A stretch of 64,000 bases of DNA from Candidatus Hecatella orcuttiae (GTDB taxonomy: Archaea; Thermoproteota; Bathyarchaeia; Hecatellales; Hecatellaceae), in contig MTLY02000002.1 in NCBI GenBank assembly GCA_002011035.2, positions 32,001 to 96,000 of the forward strand, given 5' to 3'. A model generated the notes under the pieces. The model saw only the letters and a program-made list of their open reading frames with translations. It ran no database searches and was not told the DNA's origin. The number at the start of each line of letters is the position of its first letter. Position 1 is the stretch's first letter. The position numbers and the translations under genes are program-made. Below are positions 1-9,972 of the stretch, in pieces.

Positions 1-312
1 GCAGTGATGGTTCCTCAGGAAACGTTTCAGAAACTCGGTTTAAAACCGCCTGAAGGTTTGGAGGTTGAGAGCCGGCGACTGGTCCCCGCTGGAGTAAATG
101 TGATAGAAGGGGGGAGAATAGATGAGGCTGAAATTGAACAGGAAAACCTTATTCTAGACCGGCCTGAGCTGGCGGTCAACGTCAACACTTCCTCAGATGT
201 GAAGATGGCGGAAAAGATTCTTCAAGAAAAACTGAAGCCGAGTTTTAAATCAGTGGGAGGTCAGCCTTTTTCCGCGAAAAACCATCAAGCTTTATGTGCT
301 GGAGATAGTTAG
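1..312 (+). CDS. C-terminal part of an NTP-transferase, probably adenosylcobinamide-phosphate guanylyltransferase (CobY/MobA-like); 5'-truncated by the window edge
   Basis: Open frame from the window start; C-terminal LAVNVNTSSDVKMAE resembles the NVNTxxD motif of CobY/MobA-type nucleotidyltransferases. Confidence 0.55.
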   Translation, partial: AVMVPQETFQKLGLKPPEGLEVESRRLVPAGVNVIEGGRIDEAEIEQENLILDRPELAVNVNTSSDVKMAEKILQEKLKPSFKSVGGQPFSAKNHQALCAGDS

Positions 313-323
313 GTGGCGGTGAT

Positions 324-1019
324 ATGGTTTTAGCTGGGAAGATCTTCAGAGTCAGAGAAAAAGTGGAGCTTGACAGTTTAGCGGCCAAACTTAAAGACTT
401 CAAAAGGGAAGAAGCCTATGTGGAGGAGAATTTTCAGCACAGATTGGTCACCGAAGTTCAACGTTTAAACAAAACCTCTCTAGGCCTTGAGGGAATTCTG
501 TCTTTCGATAAGATCCTTCACATACCTCACCGGGGAGAGCTGGTTCCCGTGCCCAGAACCTTCCTAGCCCCCTTCCTTTTCACGGAGTATGGAGGAAAAC
601 TTCTCCTGACCATTCTGGAGAAAAAATGGCGGGCCAACAATTTCGCCAACCTTTTGAGCGAAGCTCTCTTCACCACCGTCGGCTATGTCGTCGAGGTTAA
701 AATTCCGGCGGAAAACCTGAGAAGCTACCATGAGGAAAACCCGGAGGGGACAAAGGTGATTTTCTTCAGCAACGTGGACATCCCCAACGTCAGGAAGCTA
801 TCCCTCTATGGGGCCAGCTTAGCCAATGCCTCCCTTTACGGAGAGTTTCTGAGCCACGGTAACATCTGGTATGTCGTGGTCACTTCTAAAAGGTACGGCT
901 ACGTGGTGGGGATAACCGGCAATGGCATCGTGACCATCTTCAACAGGGTTGAGCCTAAAGACTTTCTCACCTACACCACCGAGGAAGTCTTCCCCCTCAT
1001 CGAGATGCCTGAAGAATGA
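324..1019 (+). CDS. Conserved hypothetical archaeal protein
   Basis: 231-aa ORF with GGTGA ribosome-binding site and normal composition; no motif recognised. Confidence 0.7.
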   Translation: MVLAGKIFRVREKVELDSLAAKLKDFKREEAYVEENFQHRLVTEVQRLNKTSLGLEGILSFDKILHIPHRGELVPVPRTFLAPFLFTEYGGKLLLTILEKKWRANNFANLLSEALFTTVGYVVEVKIPAENLRSYHEENPEGTKVIFFSNVDIPNVRKLSLYGASLANASLYGEFLSHGNIWYVVVTSKRYGYVVGITGNGIVTIFNRVEPKDFLTYTTEEVFPLIEMPEE

Positions 1020-1105
1020 GGAGGCGGGCGGGCCTAGATAGGTTGATATGGGATGAGAGCAATTAATATTTTAAAAATCAGGGCTTCCGGGAGGCCTGAA
1101 GGGGC

Positions 1106-1426
1106 TTGAGGCTGGAGGAAGAAGCAAGGAGGTTAAAATACAACACCGCCAAATTCATCAGGATTCCTCTGATAATCCACGTCGTTTTAAAGAAAGATAA
1201 CTCTTTCAACCTGCAGGTGGAGCACTTAGAGGTGAAGAGAACCTCTATCCACATTCCACGGGACGCTATCAACCTGAAGCATCAGGAAATCGAAGACTTT
1301 ATAAAGCAGATGTACCCTGAAGCCCGGGCCTTCGTCATCCAATACGAGAAAAAAGGAGAAGAAGTTGTACCCTTCTGCGCACAGCTGTTCCTCTCTGGAC
1401 GGCCAAAAGGGCCTCAGGCTTACTGA
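1106..1426 (+). CDS. Hypothetical protein
   Basis: 106-aa ORF downstream of an AT-rich TATA-like element (~1063-1077). Confidence 0.5.
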   Translation: MRLEEEARRLKYNTAKFIRIPLIIHVVLKKDNSFNLQVEHLEVKRTSIHIPRDAINLKHQEIEDFIKQMYPEARAFVIQYEKKGEEVVPFCAQLFLSGRPKGPQAY

Positions 1427-1477
1427 AGCAAGACCGCCCATGGAGATGTTTTTCATCGAGGCTTAATGGAAACAGCT

Positions 1478-1557
1478 GCGGGGTCGCCAAGCATGGTCAA
1501 AGGCGCAGGAATGAGGATCCTGTCCCGAAGGGGGTTTGGGGGTTCGAATCTCCCGCA
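1478..1557 (+). pseudogene. Degenerate tRNA-Leu(GAG)
   Basis: GCGGGG-TCGCCAAGCATGGTCAAAGGCG D-arm, anticodon arm CAGGA-ATGAGGA-TCCTG, long variable arm and GGTTCGAATC are present, but the 3' strand of the T-stem is missing. Confidence 0.7.
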
Positions 1558-1638
1558 CTACTAGCTTTGGTCGATTTCTAAAGGATATTTTTCGAGAAAT
1601 AATTTAACTCTTCTGAGTTGAAAATTTAAATATTGAAC

Positions 1639-1658
1639 AATTGAATAATTATTCAATT
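1639..1658. promoter_or_regulatory. Perfect 20-bp palindrome AATTGAATAATTATTCAATT, probable ArsR/SmtB (CadC) operator
   Basis: Lies between a TATA-like TTTAAATA (1625-1632) and the regulator start codon; TGAA...TTCA core typical of SmtB/CadC operators. Confidence 0.7.
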
Positions 1659-1674
1659 ATATCAGGTAATATCT

Positions 1675-2034
1675 ATGGCGAAGAACGATGAAGTTTGTGA
1701 GATAATCTATGTGGATGAGAAGAAAGTTAAGAAAGTGCAAAAAGAGATGCTTAGTGAAGAGGACACAGAAACTATATCCGGGATTTTCAAAGCTCTTGGC
1801 GACCTGACGAGATTAAAGATTCTCTATGCTCTGTCAAAAGAGGAACTTTGCGTCTGCGATCTCTCCAGTCTTCTAGGCATAACCCTATCTGCCATATCTC
1901 ACCAGTTGAGAATTCTCAGAAATCTAAAGCTTGTCAAATCGAAGCGGCGGGGGAAAATCGTTTACTACTCGTTAGCGAACGATCACGTCCTCAGCCTGTT
2001 GCATGTGGGCGTGAAACATGCAGAAGAGTCCTGA
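1675..2034 (+). CDS. cadC: ArsR/SmtB (CadC-like) metal-sensing repressor
   Basis: ELCVCDL box, SAISHQLRILR HTH, N-terminal Cys; directly upstream of a P1B ATPase. Confidence 0.85.
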   Translation: MAKNDEVCEIIYVDEKKVKKVQKEMLSEEDTETISGIFKALGDLTRLKILYALSKEELCVCDLSSLLGITLSAISHQLRILRNLKLVKSKRRGKIVYYSLANDHVLSLLHVGVKHAEES

Positions 2035-2086
2035 TGGAGATGGAAGGATAATAAGAAAAAATACTGAAGGGCGAGCGTGAGTTAAG

Positions 2087-4015
2087 ATGGAAGAACACGT
2101 CGGTGAAAAGAGTTGTTCTATCTGTGCAGTTGGAATTATTGAGGAAAGAGAGCCTATATGGAAAAAGAGAAGCCTACACATAATACTGGCTTCGTCTGCA
2201 ACTCTTACAGTCGGATTAATCTTCGAATTCGTTCTGAACATTATTCTTCTTGCCCAGATTCTCTTCGTAGCTGTAGTTATTCTCTCAGGATTTGACATCG
2301 CAAAGAATGGTCTCCGCTCGCTGCTGAAAAAGCGTTTGGATATGAACCTGCTCATAATGGTTGCCGCCATAGGAGCGTTTCTCATAGGTCATGGCGAAGA
2401 AGGGGCAGCAATAGTTTTTCTGTTTTTCATAGCAGAATTTTTGGAAGAGCACGCTATAGAAAGAACGAGAAGGTCGGTTGGAGCGCTGATGAAGCTAGCT
2501 CCAGACATCACTACCGTAAGAAGAAACGGTAAAGAAGTGGAAGTTCATACGCATGACATCAAGGTTAATGAAGTCATTCTTGTGAAACCTGGAAATAAAG
2601 TGCCTTTGGATGGCGTTGTAGTGAAAGGTGTTTCCAGCGTGAATCAGGCTCCAATTACAGGAGAATCCATTCCGGTAACAAAGCAGCCGGGAGATGAAGT
2701 TTATGCAGGCACAATAAACTGCGAAGGTTTCTTGGAAGTTAAGGTTATGAAGAAATCGGATCAGACGATGCTCTCCAAGATTGCCAAGCTTGTGGAAGAG
2801 GCTCAGAAAAGGAAGTCTCCGACTGAGAAGTTTGTGGACAGGTTTGCCAAGTATTATACTCCAAGCGTTCTGTTCTTAGCCCTTCTAGTAGCCACAATAC
2901 CAACTCTGGTATTCAATCTGCCTTTCAACGATTGGTTTTATAAGGCACTGGTTTTGTTGGTGGTTTCTTGCCCATGCGCATTAGCGATCTCCACACCAGT
3001 GTCGATAGTCTCTGGGATAACTAGTGGAGCTAGGAATGGTGTTTTGATAAAGGGTGGCAGGTATGTCGAAGAGATAAATCAGATAGACGTTTTCGCCTTC
3101 GATAAGACTGGCACCTTGACAGAAGGAAAGCCTGAGGTAACTGACATCATAGGGTTAGGCAACCCCGACAGAGAAGTGTTAAGCATAGCCGCTTCCTTGG
3201 AGGCTATGTCAGAACACCCTATCGCCAAAGCAATAACTTATAAGGCGAGCGTAGAAGGCGTAAAAACAAAAAACGTCACTAACTTCAAGTCAATCGCTGG
3301 AAAAGGAGTCTACGGTAAAATCGGAGACCAAACCTACTATCTAGGCAGCGCAAAAATATTTAATGACATGTCCTTGACCATTCCTGAAGAAGCTGGAAAA
3401 CTTGAAGAAGAAGGCAAAACGGTGATACTCGTTGGAAATAGAAGAGGCATCGTCGGTGTAATAGCTGTCATGGACAAGATTAGAGATGGCACGGTTAGAG
3501 CTATATCTAGTATTCGAAAATCTGGAATAAGGACAGTGATGATAACAGGAGATAATAGGAGAACGGCTAAGACAATAGCGGAGAGAATAGGCATCGACGA
3601 ATTTCATGCAGAGCTGCTGCCGGAAGAAAAGGTGAAGATAATTGAGGACTTGAGAAAAAACAAGGGCAAGGTGGCTATGGTCGGTGATGGTGTGAATGAT
3701 GCCCCAGCGTTGGCTAGAGCAGACGTGGGCATAGCCATGGGAACCATAGGCAGCGATGTTGCCCTCGAAACGGCTGATGTGGCCTTGATGCAGGACGACC
3801 TCTCAAAGCTACCGTATCTGGTAAATTTAAGCAAAAAGACTGTCAAAGTAATGAAGACGAACATCTTCGCTTCAATACTAATAAAAGGATCGTTCGCCGT
3901 CCTAGCATTCCCAGGCATTGTAACATTGTGGATGGCTGTTGGCATAGGAGATATGGGGCTTTCACTTGCTGTAGTACTTAACGCAATGGCGCTCTCTATG
4001 CTAAAGCCCAAATGA
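2087..4015 (+). CDS. cadA: Heavy-metal P1B-2 ATPase (Cd/Zn/Pb exporter)
   Basis: TGES, SCPC, DKTGT, SEHP and GDGVNDAP motifs; Lys in TM7 and Asp (GDMG) in TM8. Confidence 0.9.
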   Translation: MEEHVGEKSCSICAVGIIEEREPIWKKRSLHIILASSATLTVGLIFEFVLNIILLAQILFVAVVILSGFDIAKNGLRSLLKKRLDMNLLIMVAAIGAFLIGHGEEGAAIVFLFFIAEFLEEHAIERTRRSVGALMKLAPDITTVRRNGKEVEVHTHDIKVNEVILVKPGNKVPLDGVVVKGVSSVNQAPITGESIPVTKQPGDEVYAGTINCEGFLEVKVMKKSDQTMLSKIAKLVEEAQKRKSPTEKFVDRFAKYYTPSVLFLALLVATIPTLVFNLPFNDWFYKALVLLVVSCPCALAISTPVSIVSGITSGARNGVLIKGGRYVEEINQIDVFAFDKTGTLTEGKPEVTDIIGLGNPDREVLSIAASLEAMSEHPIAKAITYKASVEGVKTKNVTNFKSIAGKGVYGKIGDQTYYLGSAKIFNDMSLTIPEEAGKLEEEGKTVILVGNRRGIVGVIAVMDKIRDGTVRAISSIRKSGIRTVMITGDNRRTAKTIAERIGIDEFHAELLPEEKVKIIEDLRKNKGKVAMVGDGVNDAPALARADVGIAMGTIGSDVALETADVALMQDDLSKLPYLVNLSKKTVKVMKTNIFASILIKGSFAVLAFPGIVTLWMAVGIGDMGLSLAVVLNAMALSMLKPK

Positions 4016-4174
4016 TTAAGGTTATCAAACATTAAATGAAAGAGGATGGTCAAGCGTTTAAAAGCGAGAAATGCGTGTACAGTTATTTTAGGTAAAGATA
4101 ACATTTAATATCAAATGCAGTTATACCTGAAACATTTTTCTAAACTAGCGGTATGGAAGCCGGGGACGCAGGGA

Positions 4175-4465
4175 TTGGACTGGATGGCTCTGATAGTTCC
4201 TTTCGGCATCGTTGCCGCTGCTGAGCTGGGGGACAAAACTCAGATCGCAACCATATTGATGGCAGCCAAGTATGCTCTACCTCTCCAAGTGTTCGCAGGA
4301 GCTTTTTCAGCCGAACTGTTCATCACCATCATAGGAATCCTTTTGGGAACCAGCTTGCGGAGGGTAGTCCCGCTGCGGGTGGTGAAGAAAGCCTCTGCCG
4401 GTGTCTTCATGGTTTTCGGCTTTCTCTTTCTGGTCACTGCTCTAGGGGGGTTCAACGCAGCCTAG
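4175..4465 (+). CDS. Single-domain UPF0016/GDT1/TMEM165 family membrane protein
   Basis: AELGDKTQ signature; about 3 TM helices; likely TTG start at 4175. Confidence 0.8.
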   Translation: MDWMALIVPFGIVAAAELGDKTQIATILMAAKYALPLQVFAGAFSAELFITIIGILLGTSLRRVVPLRVVKKASAGVFMVFGFLFLVTALGGFNAA

Positions 4466-4490
4466 GAAGCAGGCAGGCTTCTCCCTAGGG

Positions 4491-5987
4491 TTAGGAGCCC
4501 ATGGCAGGAGTCAGCCCTGAGAGAAGCTGGGAGAGGAAGGGCGCTGCCACGTTGGTGAGGACAGTGGGATAAATGCCGAGGACGACCGCCACCACGGCCA
4601 AGACTAGGATGGGCGCCGTCATCAACCTAGGCCCTTCTTTCGCCTCCTTCAAAGGTTCAGGGGTTCCGCCGAAGAAGACCCGGCGCACCGTCCAGAGGCC
4701 GTAGCCCGCGGTCATGGCGGAGAAAACCACGGCGATGCCCGTCACCCATATACGGGTCAAGTTGGGGGCTGTCACCCCACCGAAGCCTGTTCCTGTGTAG
4801 ATGGAACCTCCGAAGGTGAAGAACTCCCCCCAGAACCCGATGAGGGGCGGGGCTCCCATGAGAGTTAGAAACCCTAGGAGGGTAGCCGTGGCCGAGTAGG
4901 GCATTCTCCCCGCCAGTCCGCCCAGTTCCCGGATGCTCCGGGTGTGGAGGGTGTGGATGAAGATGCCGGCTACCATGAAGAGGATAGCCTTTCCCAAGCC
5001 GTGGCTGACGTAGATGAGCACAGCCCCCGTGAGGCCTAGGGCTGAGAGGGAGACGACGCCGAAGAGCAAGTAGCCCATCTGGCTGATGCTGGAGTAGGCC
5101 AGAAGCCTTTTGATGTCGTCTTGAGCCAAGGCCATGTAGCCGCCGTAGATCATAGTCACCACCGCCAAGACGACCAAGGCCATGACGAACTGCCCATGCC
5201 CTAAAACCATGGGAAAGGCCGTGTAGACGATGCGGATGGCGGCGTAGCCTCCGATACCCACCATGGCCGGAGACAGCAAGGCGCTGATGGGCGTCGGCGC
5301 CTCGGCGTGGGCGTCAGGCAGCCACGTGTGGAGGGGGAAGATGGCCATCTTGACGAAGAGGCCGAGGAGTATGGCGGAGACTATAGCCACAGCTGTGCCG
5401 ACACTGACTCTCTCCATTCCCGCGGCGATGGCGAACACGTCGAAGGTCCCCGCCAAAAACCGGGCGGTCACAATGCCTGCTAGAAGGAACAAGGCTCCTG
5501 CCTCGGTGAACATGAAATATTTGAAGGCAATTTTCTCCCGGGCCCCTGTGCCCCAGACTCCTATGAGAGCCCAAGAGGGGATAAGCATCAGCTCGAAGAA
5601 GACGAAAAAGGCTGCTAGGTTGGTGACCAACACCGTGCCCATCATCCCAGCAGAGTAGAGAAGGTAGAGAGCGAAGTAGGCGTGGAGGTTGCGCTCATGC
5701 TCCATGTAGGAAATAGAGTAGATAGCGATCAAAGCAGCCAACATGGATATGACCAAAGCGAAAGGTGTGCTCAGACCGTCGGCCACCAAGGTGAAATCGC
5801 CCAAATAGCGTCCCCAAGGATAGCTGGCCACTAGGCTGCCGCCCCAACTTCGAAGCTGGAAGAGGATGAAGCCCAGAAGCCCTGTGGTGTAGGTTAGTAC
5901 GGCGAAAGCCAGCCAGCCTGCGTATTTGCCCAGCCTCCCTCCCACGGCAAGGGCTATTGCGGAGAAGGCGATGGGAACCATGACCAC
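4491..5987 (-). CDS. nuoM: Complex I-like antiporter subunit NuoM
   Basis: FFELMLIP, VKMAIFPLHTWLPDAHAEAP and AYSSISQMG motifs; the true start may lie slightly upstream. Confidence 0.88.
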   Translation of the reverse strand: MVMVPIAFSAIALAVGGRLGKYAGWLAFAVLTYTTGLLGFILFQLRSWGGSLVASYPWGRYLGDFTLVADGLSTPFALVISMLAALIAIYSISYMEHERNLHAYFALYLLYSAGMMGTVLVTNLAAFFVFFELMLIPSWALIGVWGTGAREKIAFKYFMFTEAGALFLLAGIVTARFLAGTFDVFAIAAGMERVSVGTAVAIVSAILLGLFVKMAIFPLHTWLPDAHAEAPTPISALLSPAMVGIGGYAAIRIVYTAFPMVLGHGQFVMALVVLAVVTMIYGGYMALAQDDIKRLLAYSSISQMGYLLFGVVSLSALGLTGAVLIYVSHGLGKAILFMVAGIFIHTLHTRSIRELGGLAGRMPYSATATLLGFLTLMGAPPLIGFWGEFFTFGGSIYTGTGFGGVTAPNLTRIWVTGIAVVFSAMTAGYGLWTVRRVFFGGTPEPLKEAKEGPRLMTAPILVLAVVAVVLGIYPTVLTNVAAPFLSQLLSGLTPAMGS

Positions 5988-6023
5988 TTGTAGTAGCAGC
6001 TGATTGGTGTCTATCGTTTCCCT

Positions 6024-8093
6024 TCACCCCATCACTGTTAAGGCCAAGAGGAGGAAGAACACCACGAAGCCGAGGATGATCCCCTCCACATTGTGGGTGA
6101 GAATTCCAGAGTGAGTTTTTCTGAAGCTGTTGGAGAAGCCGGCTGTGGCGTTGGCTAAAACGTAGTTGAACCGGTCGATGACCCCCAGCTCTATTTTCTT
6201 CAACGCCCACATGCACCCTCCGATCATCGGGTAGACGATAGCCTTGTAGAAGAAACGGTTAATGTACCACCTGTTCAACACAAACTGCCTCAACACCGCC
6301 AGCAAACCGTAGCGTTGAAGAAACACCGAAGGCTCCAGCTTCCGCTTTACATAGAGGAAGTAGGCGGGAAGAGCTCCGGCCAGAAGCATGGCCACTGATA
6401 TGCCGGCGGTCACCCAAACAGCTAGCTCATGGGGGAACCCATGAACAGCCACAGCCTCCGAATGGCCTCCGCCTGCGGGGAGAAGCTCTCCCAGATATTC
6501 GTGGAAGACCCCTTCAAACCATCCTTTGACGAAGGGACCCATGACCCCGAAGGCTAGAGTGCCGATGACCAAGGCCAAGAAAGGAATCCACATGACCTTA
6601 GGCGCCTCGTGGACATGGTGGCCGTGGCGTTCTTGCTCCGCGAGGTGGGAGCTCTTAGGGCCGAAGAAGGTTAAACCCAGCATCCTAACGCTGTAGAAGC
6701 TGGTCACGGCCACGGTCACCGCTCCTAGGGCGAAGATCCAATACTGCCCCGCCAGCAGAGGGGCCTCCAGAACCATGTCCTTACTCCAGAAGCCGCTGAA
6801 GAGAAGGGGCACCCCCATGAGGGAAAAGGCGGCTAGGGACATGCACCAGAAGGTAATGGGCATGTACCGCCTGATGCCTCCCATGTGGGTCATAAACCGG
6901 GACTCGCAGGTGTGGATGACGGCCCCCGCGGTGAGAAAGAGGGCTGCCTTAAACATGGCATGACTCATGAGGTGGAAGACTCCGCCCACGTAGCCGACGA
7001 GAAACTCCGCAGTGGAGCCGGCTATGCCCAAGGCCAGCATCATGTAGCCCAGCTGGCTGACCGTGGAGTAGGCCAGCACCTTCTTTATCTCGCTGGAAAC
7101 CATGCCTTGGCTGCCTGCCACAAAGGCGGTGATAGCTCCAACCCAGGCGATGACGTAGAAAAAGGTGATAAGCTCGTTAGCTGCTCCCCCATGCCACACA
7201 GCGGTGTAGAACATGGGGAAAACCCGCCCTACCAAGTAGACACCGGCATTGACCATGGTCGCGGCGTGGATGAGAGCGCTGACCGTGGTAGGCCCTGCCA
7301 TGGCGTCGGGAAGCCACTCCATCAGGGGGAGCTGCGCTGACTTCCCAATAGGGCCTCCGAAGAGGAGGATGGCAGCGGGGATCAGGACGGCTAGGGGCAC
7401 TCGTAGGATGGCGCCTCCCTGAAGCTCCACGAAGTTGAGGGTGCCGGCGAAGGCTAGGAGGAGGAAGGCTCCGAGGAGGAAGAAGAGGTCGCCCATTCTC
7501 GTCGTGATGAAGGCCTTCATGCCGCAGTGGGAGGGCGGGTAGGCTTCAGGGCCTTCCCCAACCCAGCATTTAAGCCAGTCCTCCTTGGAGTCGCGGTGCC
7601 AGAACCCTATGAGGGCGTAGCTGCACAGGCCGACGCCCTCCCAGCCGAAGAGAAGCTGGATGATGTTGTCGGACATCACCAGCAGAAGCATGCTGCCGAT
7701 GAAGAAGTTCATGAAAAACCAGTAGCGAGTCAGGCTGGGGTCGCCGTGCATGTAGCCGAGGGAGTAAACCATGATGAGGAAGCCTATCACCGCGACCACG
7801 TTGGCCATGATGATGCTGAGGGGGTCGACGATGACCCCGGCCATCAGCCGGCTTAAAACCGGAGCGCCCTCCATGACCACCCAGAGAACCTGGTTGTGGA
7901 AGTACTTCCCTTCCCAAAGGTAGGGGATGAGGCTGAGGGTCATAACCATGGCGAGGAAAGAGAAAACAATCGCACCGTAGTCCCTGACTTTGGAGTGAAC
8001 CTTGGCCAACAGAGGAGTTAACACAGCTCCCAGCATGGGGAAAATCCAGCTGAGCCAAGCCGGCCAAACGAAGATTTCGGTGATGTACTCCAT
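6024..8093 (-). CDS. nuoL: Complex I-like antiporter subunit NuoL
   Basis: GWEGVGLCSY, GKSAQLPL..WLPDAMAGPTTVSALIHAATMV and HAMFKA motifs. Confidence 0.92.
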   Translation of the reverse strand: MEYITEIFVWPAWLSWIFPMLGAVLTPLLAKVHSKVRDYGAIVFSFLAMVMTLSLIPYLWEGKYFHNQVLWVVMEGAPVLSRLMAGVIVDPLSIIMANVVAVIGFLIMVYSLGYMHGDPSLTRYWFFMNFFIGSMLLLVMSDNIIQLLFGWEGVGLCSYALIGFWHRDSKEDWLKCWVGEGPEAYPPSHCGMKAFITTRMGDLFFLLGAFLLLAFAGTLNFVELQGGAILRVPLAVLIPAAILLFGGPIGKSAQLPLMEWLPDAMAGPTTVSALIHAATMVNAGVYLVGRVFPMFYTAVWHGGAANELITFFYVIAWVGAITAFVAGSQGMVSSEIKKVLAYSTVSQLGYMMLALGIAGSTAEFLVGYVGGVFHLMSHAMFKAALFLTAGAVIHTCESRFMTHMGGIRRYMPITFWCMSLAAFSLMGVPLLFSGFWSKDMVLEAPLLAGQYWIFALGAVTVAVTSFYSVRMLGLTFFGPKSSHLAEQERHGHHVHEAPKVMWIPFLALVIGTLAFGVMGPFVKGWFEGVFHEYLGELLPAGGGHSEAVAVHGFPHELAVWVTAGISVAMLLAGALPAYFLYVKRKLEPSVFLQRYGLLAVLRQFVLNRWYINRFFYKAIVYPMIGGCMWALKKIELGVIDRFNYVLANATAGFSNSFRKTHSGILTHNVEGIILGFVVFFLLLALTVMG

Positions 8094-8097
8094 ACCT

Positions 8098-9645
8098 TCA
8101 CCCTCCTATCAAAGCATGGGCGGCGCTGTCCGCCAGCTGAATTACAAGGTCAGGCCATATGCCCACCACCACGCAGGCAGCCGCCAGCAGCACGATGGGT
8201 AAAACCATGGTTCCCGGGGCTTCCCTAGCGCCCTCCGCCCTCGTCTTGGGCTTCCGAAACATCACCCTCTGCATGACCCAAAGGTAATAGGCTGCTGCGA
8301 AGACGCTGTTAACCACCACGGCGATGGTCACCCCCACCATGAAAGGGTCCTTGGCCATGTTGAAGCCTGCGAGGATGATGAACAGCTTACTCCAGAAGCC
8401 GCTGAGGGGAGGAACCCCCGCCAAAGTCAGAAGCCCAACGGAGAAAGACGCCCCAGTCCAAGGCATCTTTTTCCCTATCCCCTCCAACTCCGCTAGGTCC
8501 CTGGTCTTGGCTTCGTGGATGAAGCAACCGGAGCAGAGGAAGAGGAGGCCCTTTCCCACAGCGTGGTTGAACACGTGGAACAGCGCCCCCATGATGGCTA
8601 GGCCTGCCACCACCAAGGCGATTTCAGGGGCTGTGGAATAATAATGGGTGAGGGCGTAGGCTCCGATGCCGGCTCCGGTGAGGATGTAGCCGATGTTGAC
8701 GATGCTGGAGTAGGCCAGCAGCCTCTTGATGTCCCTCTGCAGCAGAGCCATGATGTTGGCCACGGTCATGGTGAGGATGCCGAAGAGCATCAGCACCGTT
8801 CCGAAATCGAAGACCAAAGGTGTAAAGGCCACGAACAAAACTCTGTAGATGGCGTAAACACCTACCTTGATGACTACCCCCGACAGCATGGCGCTGATGG
8901 AAGCCGGAGCAGCTGGGTGAGCGTCTGGAAGCCATGTGTGGAAGGGAACCACCGAAGCCGTCACTCCGAAGCCGCAGACGATCATAGTGACCAAAAAGAA
9001 CATGGTGAGAGTGGAAGGACCTGCTTCCTGAAGACCTTGGGCTAGGGCCTCGAAGTTGAGGGTGCCTGTTATGCCGTAGAGAAAGGACATGGCGTAGAGG
9101 AAGAGGAGGGAGCCGAAGGTGCTCATCACCAAGTATTTGAAGCTGGCTTCTATGGGCTCCCACCGGTGCTTCCGGAAGGCTACGAGGACGTAGGCGGAGA
9201 GGGACATAGTCTCCCAGAAGATGAAAAGGTTGAAGAAATCACCCGCGAAAGCCACTCCGATCATGCCAGCCACCATGGCCAAGAGCAAAGCGTAGTACTT
9301 GTCCAAGCCTGAATCCTTCTCCATGTATCGCAGAGAGTAAACAGCCACCATCAGACCCACCCCCACGTAGACGTAAGCCATGTACACGCTTAGAGAATCC
9401 ACAAAGTAGGTGACCCCGAAAGGCGGCCCGTAGGCTTCTAGGTGGTAGACAGCGAAGCCTTCCTCTGAAGCCTTGACCAAAAGGTCCAGCTTAAAAACAT
9501 AGTACAGGGTGGCGGCGAAGGCTCCTATGGAGAAAAGGTCCCTTGCCTTCTCAAACCCGACGGCTTTCCCCAACGCTGTAACAAGCGGCGTTAGAATAGC
9601 TGCGAAGAGAAGAGTCAACACAGGCATCAAGACGAGTAAAGACAC
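8098..9645 (-). CDS. nuoN: Complex I-like antiporter subunit NuoN / MrpD-like
   Basis: EASFKY, PFHTWLPDAHPAAP, IKRLLAYSSI and PPLSGFWSK motifs. Confidence 0.75.
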   Translation of the reverse strand: MSLLVLMPVLTLLFAAILTPLVTALGKAVGFEKARDLFSIGAFAATLYYVFKLDLLVKASEEGFAVYHLEAYGPPFGVTYFVDSLSVYMAYVYVGVGLMVAVYSLRYMEKDSGLDKYYALLLAMVAGMIGVAFAGDFFNLFIFWETMSLSAYVLVAFRKHRWEPIEASFKYLVMSTFGSLLFLYAMSFLYGITGTLNFEALAQGLQEAGPSTLTMFFLVTMIVCGFGVTASVVPFHTWLPDAHPAAPASISAMLSGVVIKVGVYAIYRVLFVAFTPLVFDFGTVLMLFGILTMTVANIMALLQRDIKRLLAYSSIVNIGYILTGAGIGAYALTHYYSTAPEIALVVAGLAIMGALFHVFNHAVGKGLLFLCSGCFIHEAKTRDLAELEGIGKKMPWTGASFSVGLLTLAGVPPLSGFWSKLFIILAGFNMAKDPFMVGVTIAVVVNSVFAAAYYLWVMQRVMFRKPKTRAEGAREAPGTMVLPIVLLAAACVVVGIWPDLVIQLADSAAHALIGG

Positions 9646-9648
9646 AGC

Positions 9649-9969
9649 TTACCACCTCAGCCTCCTCAGTCTTCTGACATCCAAGGTTGCATAATGGCGG
9701 TGGGCGTTGATGACCAGCAGCAGGGCTAAGGTAGCTATGGCCGCCGCAATGACGATGGAGACGATGACCACGCTCTGGGCTAAAGCCTCCACGGCCAGGG
9801 TGGGAGAAAGCTCCGAGCCCAAAGCCACAAAGTTCAGGTGAACAGCTGAGGTTAGAATTTCCACTCCGATGACGATTTTGATCATGTTCCTTTTCACAGC
9901 GATGCAGTAGGCTCCGAGGATGAAAAGGATGGCAGCCGCGGCCAAGTACCAACTCGTTTCTAGGCTCAT
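9649..9969 (-). CDS. nuoK: Complex I-like subunit NuoK
   Basis: 3-TM protein with KRNMIKIVIGVEIL and C-terminal LDVRRLRRLRW. Confidence 0.85.
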   Translation of the reverse strand: MSLETSWYLAAAAILFILGAYCIAVKRNMIKIVIGVEILTSAVHLNFVALGSELSPTLAVEALAQSVVIVSIVIAAAIATLALLLVINAHRHYATLDVRRLRRLRW

Positions 9970-9972
9970 AGG

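Noticed and set aside
5263-9952. Many antisense or overlapping ORFs within the nuo genes (similar ones occur in dnaK, lpdA and nfeD)
   Set aside because: Typical shadows of GC-rich coding strands with no independent motifs
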